Positions 35,932-41,307 of a stretch of 41,307 bases of DNA are shown piece after piece. Under the pieces are notes generated by a model. The model did not search any database. It saw only the letters and a list, made by a program, of their open reading frames with translations, and had not been told where the DNA came from. The DNA is from Lama guanicoe. Taxonomy: Eukaryota. Positions within the stretch are counted from its first letter, which is position 1, and each line of letters begins with the position of its first letter. The position numbers and the translations under genes were made by a program. The stretch is taken from NCBI GenBank assembly GCA_013239625.1, contig MU054120.1, forward strand, positions 620,001 through 661,307, in the 5' to 3' direction.

Positions 35932-37270
35932 ACGAGAAAGGACAAAAAAAATCACATGATTATCTCAACAGATGCAGAAAAAGCATTTGACAAAATTGAA
36001 CACCCATTTATGATAAAAACTTTTACCAAAGTGGGTATAGAGGGAATATATTGTGACATAATAAAAGCTGTTTATGACAAATCTACAGCCGGCATAGTAC
36101 TCAATGGTGAAAAGCTGAAAGCTTCCCCCCTAAAATCTGGAAGAAAACAAGGATGTCCACTCTCACCACTTCTATTCAATACAGTATTGGAAGTCCTAGA
36201 CATAGCTATTAGACAAGGAGAAGAAATAAAAGGGATCCAAATTGGAAGAGAAGAGGTAAAACTGTCCTTATATGCAGATGATACACTATTACATATAGAA
36301 AAACCCTAAAGAATTCACACAAAAACTACTAGAGATAATTCAGCAAGGTAGCAGTATACAAGATTAACATATAAAAATCAGTGCTATTTCTTTACACTAA
36401 CAATGAAATATCAGAAAAGGAATGTAAAGAAACAATCCCTTTTAAAAATTGCATCCAAAAGGATAAAATACTTAGGAATAAATCTGACCAAGGAAGTGAA
36501 AGACCTATATGCAGAGAACTACAAGACACTAAGGAAATGGAAAGATATTCCATGTTCTTGGATTAGAAGAATTAATATTGCTAAAATGGCCATACAACTG
36601 AAAGCAACCTATAGCAATCAATCCCTATAAAATCACCCAGGACATTTTTCACAGAACTAGAACAAATAATCCCAAATCACAAAAGACCCAGACTGCCAAA
36701 GCATTACTGAAGAAAAAGAATGAAGCTGGAGGAATAACCCTCCCAGACTTCAGACAATACCAGAGCTACAGTAATCAAACCACCATTGTATTGGTACAAA
36801 CACAGACATATGGATCAACAGAACAGGACAGAGAGCCCAGAAATAAACCCACAAACTTTTGGTCAATTGGTCTTTGACAAAGGAGGCAAGAACATAGAAT
36901 GGAGTAAAGACAGTCTCTTCAGCAAATTGGGAAACTGCTGTTGGGACTAAAAAAATAAAACACCAAATTTATCTACAAAACAGAAACAGACTCACAGACA
37001 TAGAAAACAACTACAGTCACCAGGGGGATAGGGGCGGAGACGGATAAACTGGGAGTCTGATTTGCAGATACTCACTAATACACATAAAGTTGATAAACAA
37101 CAAGTTATACTGTATAGCACAGGGTACTACATTCGATACTTTGCAGTAACTTTGGTTAAGAATATGAAAATGAATGTATGTTCCTATGTGACAGAAGCAT
37201 TGTGCTGTACACCAAAAACTGACACAATATTCTAAACTGACTATACTTCAATAAAAATATTAAAAAAAAA
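35932..37270 (+). mobile_element. 5'-truncated, internally deleted L1 with decayed TSD
   Basis: ORF2 RT region, abrupt jump near 36940 to the 3'UTR, CTGACTATACTTCAATAAAAA and poly-A; TSD AAAAGGATATAAC (35919-35931) / AAAAGGTGTAAC (37271-37282). Confidence 0.93.
35938..36930 (+). pseudogene. L1 ORF2p reverse transcriptase remnant with stops and frameshifts
   Basis: [59 protein letters not shown] spread over several frames. Confidence 0.92.
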
Positions 37271-38289
37271 AAAAGGTGTAACTCAGGAGCAGCCAGATGC
37301 AAGACAGGCATAGGATAAGGTATGTGGGAAAGAGAATGTGGGAAACAGAGCTTCCATGATCTCTGGGAGCACCATTTTCCCAGCATCCCCACATGGTCAC
37401 CAATCCAGAAGCTCTCTGAACCCTAACCTTTTGGGTTCTTACGGGGACTTTATTACATACGCATACTTGATTAAATCATTGACTCGTAGTGACTGGTTAA
37501 ATCTGCAGCCCGTCTCTCCTCACAGCGCAGGGGGTGGACTGAAAGTTCCAACCCCTAATTATATGGTTGGCTCCCCTAGCAACCAGCCCCCTTCCTTAGG
37601 ATGCCCCTTAGCATCCTTAGGTGCTTTCCAAAAGTCACCCCATTAACATAAACTCAGGAGTTGTTGAAAGGGGTTTGTTATGAATATCAAGACACTTTTA
37701 TTACTCTTATTAGGAAATTCTTACGGTTTTAAGGAACTCTGTGCCACAAATAGAGATAAAGACCAACTACATATTTCTTATAAATCATATAATCACGATG
37801 TATAATCTATCAGATAATGGAGGAATTCTAGCAGAAAAGAACTGGGGTGACCCAAAATTCCTAAAGACTGTGGTAAATTTTATCTACCTAGATCATAGAA
37901 ATTATAGAACAAAAGGGCCTAAAAGGGACTCTTTAAATGGCCCAAGAAAGACTTCTTCCCAAAGTTAGCTTTATGCATCTGTCTCAGAGTGAGAAGCTAG
38001 CTTCCAGTGGGAAATCCTTTCCTATTCTCTTCTACTTCTTTCCCAAATCTCCTGGAGAGAAACTGGCTAATGAGATTAGAGACTGGGAGAAGGAGGGAGG
38101 AAGAGGAGAAACACAATAGAAAGAGACAAAAATCAACCCTTACCCCTCATTCCGACAAAGGCTTCTATTGACAGCAAGCTTGAGCTAGTTGAGAGATCTG
38201 CCATTAAAACAAATTCAGAGTTTAGATTAATACTTTGTACTCAGAATTCCAACTTCTTAACTGAGATTATGTTTGTAATTTTTAGAAAA

Positions 38290-38790
38290 GCCACTGTTAG
38301 TCTGGGCACTTAAAAAAGCAGACACCAAGATTTTAACTATATGTGTATTTATTTATATATATAATTATTACGTATTGTTATATAAATTATTATTCTTATT
38401 TAAAAAATTAAACTATTATTTTTATATATATATAGGCAAATTCCTATGAAGAAAAAGAGCTTGGAGCCAGAGGAGAGCCTTCAGACTTGGAAGCAAGCCA
38501 TATGCCTGTCTCCCTGAAGGAGACAGAGGAAAGCATCTCAGACCACAGACCTCTCTTAAGAAACTTTTCTCCAGGTTGACTGAGAATCTTTGAGTCAAAG
38601 TTGCCCATTAGAGGAGCCCTATATCTTGCATAAATTACCCTTTTTTAGTACACCTGCTGTGTGTAATCATTGACTATGAGCAGCCCGTGCGATTCAGTAT
38701 TGGATTCAAAAGGGCTACAGCTGGTGGCCATCAGAAAATTAAGCTGCTTGCCACAATAAGATACCTGAATGACACATTCTTATGACATCA
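38290..38790 (-). mobile_element. ERVL LTR16-like LTR with internal AT-rich expansion
   Basis: AAGCAGACACCAAGA, GGAGAGCCTTCAGAC, CAAAGTTGCCCATTAGAGGAG, TCATTGACTATGAGCAGCCC match antisense LTR16B/E-type sequence. Confidence 0.65.
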
Positions 38791-40332
38791 AAGTCATATA
38801 CTTGCTTGAGTTTTCACCCAGGGCACAGGAAATGACTCATTAAATAGATGTTAAAAAAAAATCATAGCAGGTAAAACAATAACAGTATTTTCAGTGTATC
38901 AAAAGACATGCAATTCAAATACCTGTGGTTTAGATAGGCCACCCATGGTGCCCCAGCATCCTGTGATCACCACTTCATTTAACAAAAAAAATGAAATGAC
39001 CCAAGACCCATTCCATGTAACAGCTATGCGCTATTAGTTTGTGTGTTGCCAACACCAGCCCCTCTCTGCCCCTCTAGTAAAGTAATAAAGATCAATTTAC
39101 TTGGTTAATTTGTTGAAAATGGATTTGCCACAGGTGTGTTCCTGAGTCTTAACATGCTATATACTGCTTTATGTGGGTCATTTGGCGTCCATTTATGGTT
39201 CGCTCATTCTAGAGTTCCTAGGACGTGATAATACACAATAATCTACTAAAGCAATTTATTTTCAAAAGTTTGAAAAAAATGTTTCTGGGAGTTGCTGCTT
39301 AGTATGTCAATGCAACCACAGAAACTTCCAGTATTTCTACATTGATAGATCTATTTGGAAGACATGGTCATGGCGGGATAAGCAAATGCTCATCTGCCAC
39401 AGCACAGCTATGACTTTAGGGAGGAAGAGTGCAGTAATTGTTCTTCCCTACCTCAGGTCACAGCGTATAACTAACTACTAGACCTAGACTACAGGTTATA
39501 CGACAAAGTAGAAGAAACCTTTTTTTTTTTTTTTTTTTTTGGCCTCCTGTTTCTTTTCCTTTGCTTTCCTTCTTGATTGACCTTGTTTTCTTTCTCCAAG
39601 CTTCCATCTGTCTTTTACTTGAGTCAGAATGAATCTTCTATCTATGAAAATCTAAAAGGCTTTGCAATTTCAACTCATTTATTTCCAGATATAAGAAAAA
39701 AACGTTTCAAAATGCTGTTTTCTCTAGTTTGAATTAACCTTCTGGTTAAAAGCCAGGGTCTGGTCTGAGTGCGAGGAACGTGAGTTTCCCAAGAAGGCAA
39801 ATAGGTCACAGCTGGAGCCCACAGGCTACCTGAGTGACAAGGAGGCTGTGGGAAGTAAGAGAAGGTCCTGATGGAGGGGCAGGAAAAGGATCGGTTGGGG
39901 CGTGCTGAGCTTCAGAGGCCGCTCAGAGAATGGCAGAATCAGGCCCAAGTCGCTGCACCCCGACCATTCCTCCCAAAAGAAACTCACGGGTTATCGCGAG
40001 AGATGGGGGGGGGAATCCTGGGGCGAGAAAACACCTACGTGTGCCCCACCCCCACCCCCGGTGCCGGAACCTCCTCCTATCTTGCAAACACTAACCCTCC
40101 AAGACGACTGTCTCCCCTTAATCCCCTCTACAATTCCACATTCAGACTCACCGCGCAGCAGCTCCTGTCCCGGAGGCCCAGTCAGGTGCGACGGAAGGCC
40201 CGCGGCACACAGGCCGCGGAGCGAGAGAGACTGCGCCCGAGGCTGCGCCCCAGGCTGGCGCAGAAGTGGACTGCGCATGTGCAGGTTGCAAATCTCGCGT
40301 CTTTCGGGAGCCGGAAGTGCCCGAGGCAGGAA

Positions 40333-40379
40333 CAGAGGCTTCCAGAGGTTTCCAGAGGCTTTCAGAGTCTTTCAGAGGC
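40333..40379. repeat. 10-bp tandem repeat (CAGAGGCTTY) x about 4.7
   Basis: CAGAGGCTTC CAGAGGTTTC CAGAGGCTTT CAGAGTCTTT CAGAGGC. Confidence 0.9.
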
Positions 40380-41019
40380 CGCCGTCAGTCGTCAGCAGAG
40401 GTGCATGGCTGCGGCAACCCGGAGGTGCTCTGGGAAATTCGTCGGGGTGTCCGGGGCTGAACGTCCGTCCTAGCAGTTGCAAGGTAGGAGACCGTCGCTG
40501 CCTGTTCCTTAAGTCTTCTCTCTCAAGAGCGGCTTCAGGGTAATAGTCTCGCTTTCTGGCCTAGCTCGCGTGCAGACACCCTGCTCTGTGGGAGCTGGCT
40601 CCTTCGCCTTTTATTTTTTGGCTTTTAAAACTCTATTCAGTTAGAAACCTTTATTAGAGAAACTGCTGTATTCCGGGGTAGGTGGTGGCCTTGACTTTCA
40701 GAGCAGCTCTGATCTTACCCCTTCCCCGGGCAAAACAAACCAGACATCTCACTCCCCAGCAAAGGGATGCGGGCTGGAGGTCAATGCCAGACAGTGGAGG
40801 GGGCCTTGGACCTCCGAGTACTCACCCCAGATGGAAAGATTGGGTCACTCCAATGCAAGATGAGAGTTTGGGGCTCTAGGTTCCCCTCGCCATGGGACAG
40901 CGCCGGGGGTGGCTGCGGCCGCCGCGGGTGACAAGCAGATGGGGAGAGGAGGCTCCGGTGGCCCCTCGGGCCGCTGGTTGGTCCCCCTCTGCCCACAGCT
41001 GGACCCCGAGAAGAGAAGG

Positions 41020-41178
41020 NNNNNNNNNNNNNNNNNNNNNNNNNNNNNNNNNNNNNNNNNNNNNNNNNNNNNNNNNNNNNNNNNNNNNNNNNNNNNNNNN
41101 NNNNNNNNNNNNNNNNNNNNNNNNNNNNNNNNNNNNNNNNNNNNNNNNNNNNNNNNNNNNNNNNNNNNNNNNNNNNNN
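41020..41178. other. Assembly gap (159 N)
   Basis: Run of N inside the GC-richest part of the island. Confidence 0.99.
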
Positions 41179-41307
41179 CGGTGCTGTCCGAGCCCCGCGC
41201 GCAGCCGAGCGGGCGGCTCCTCCGCGCGCCGGGCTCAGTGTCCCAGGACGGGGTGTCCGCTCCGGCGCCCGCTCCTCCCGGTAGAAAGCCAGCCCCGACC
41301 CGACCCG

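Larger units (their letters stand above)
35810..37797 (-). mobile_element. MER21-like LTR split by an L1 insertion
   Basis: CTCACAGAACTCAG...TTACCAGTTTATTATAAAAGGATATAAC continues after the L1 as TCAGGAGCAGCCAGATG...GAGCTTCCATG...GAAGCTCTCTGAACCC...TTGATTAAATCATTG...CTGAAAGTTCCAACCC...AAGACCAA. Confidence 0.85.
39890..41307. promoter_or_regulatory. CpG island, probable bidirectional promoter of an unidentified gene
   Basis: Sharp rise in GC and CpG; TATCGCGAGA (39992-40001), TGCGCATGTGCA (40272-40283), TCTCGCG (40293-40299), CCGGAAGTG (40311-40319); donor-like AAG|GTAGGA on + (40484) and GCG|GTGAGT on - (40151). Confidence 0.85.

Noticed and set aside
35848..36309. 153-aa ORF with RT motifs as a novel reverse transcriptase gene
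   Set aside because: Chance fusion of antisense LTR sequence (TTG start) to a truncated L1 ORF2 that stops soon after YADD.
39871..40543. 200-aa and 213-aa overlapping ORFs
   Set aside because: Arg/Pro/Gly/Ser-rich with no recognisable domain; expected from stop-codon scarcity in a CpG island.

Overview
Mammalian, largely repeat-derived DNA, most likely camelid (a tRNA-Ala-derived Vic-1-type SINE and artiodactyl-type L1 3' ends). No host protein-coding exon could be recognised; the only recognisable protein sequences are LINE-1 ORF2 remnants. The window holds two young, about 99% identical 5'-truncated L1 insertions with target-site duplications (TSDs), an older internally deleted L1 nested in a MER21-like LTR, and many older L1, L2, L3, MIR, MaLR, LTR16 and HAL1-like relics, several nested. 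It ends in a CpG island with NRF1, ETS and BANP-type motifs and divergent splice donors, suggesting a bidirectional promoter, interrupted by a 159-N gap. I found no convincing previously undescribed biological system. The best second-look items are a 10-bp-periodic heat-shock-element-like array in the promoter, a 30-bp templated patch inside an L1, a 37-bp micro-L1 insertion, candidate minus-strand exons, and a 155-bp duplication that looks like an assembly artefact. Repeat family names come from recalled consensus sequences, not a search, and boundaries of old repeats are approximate.
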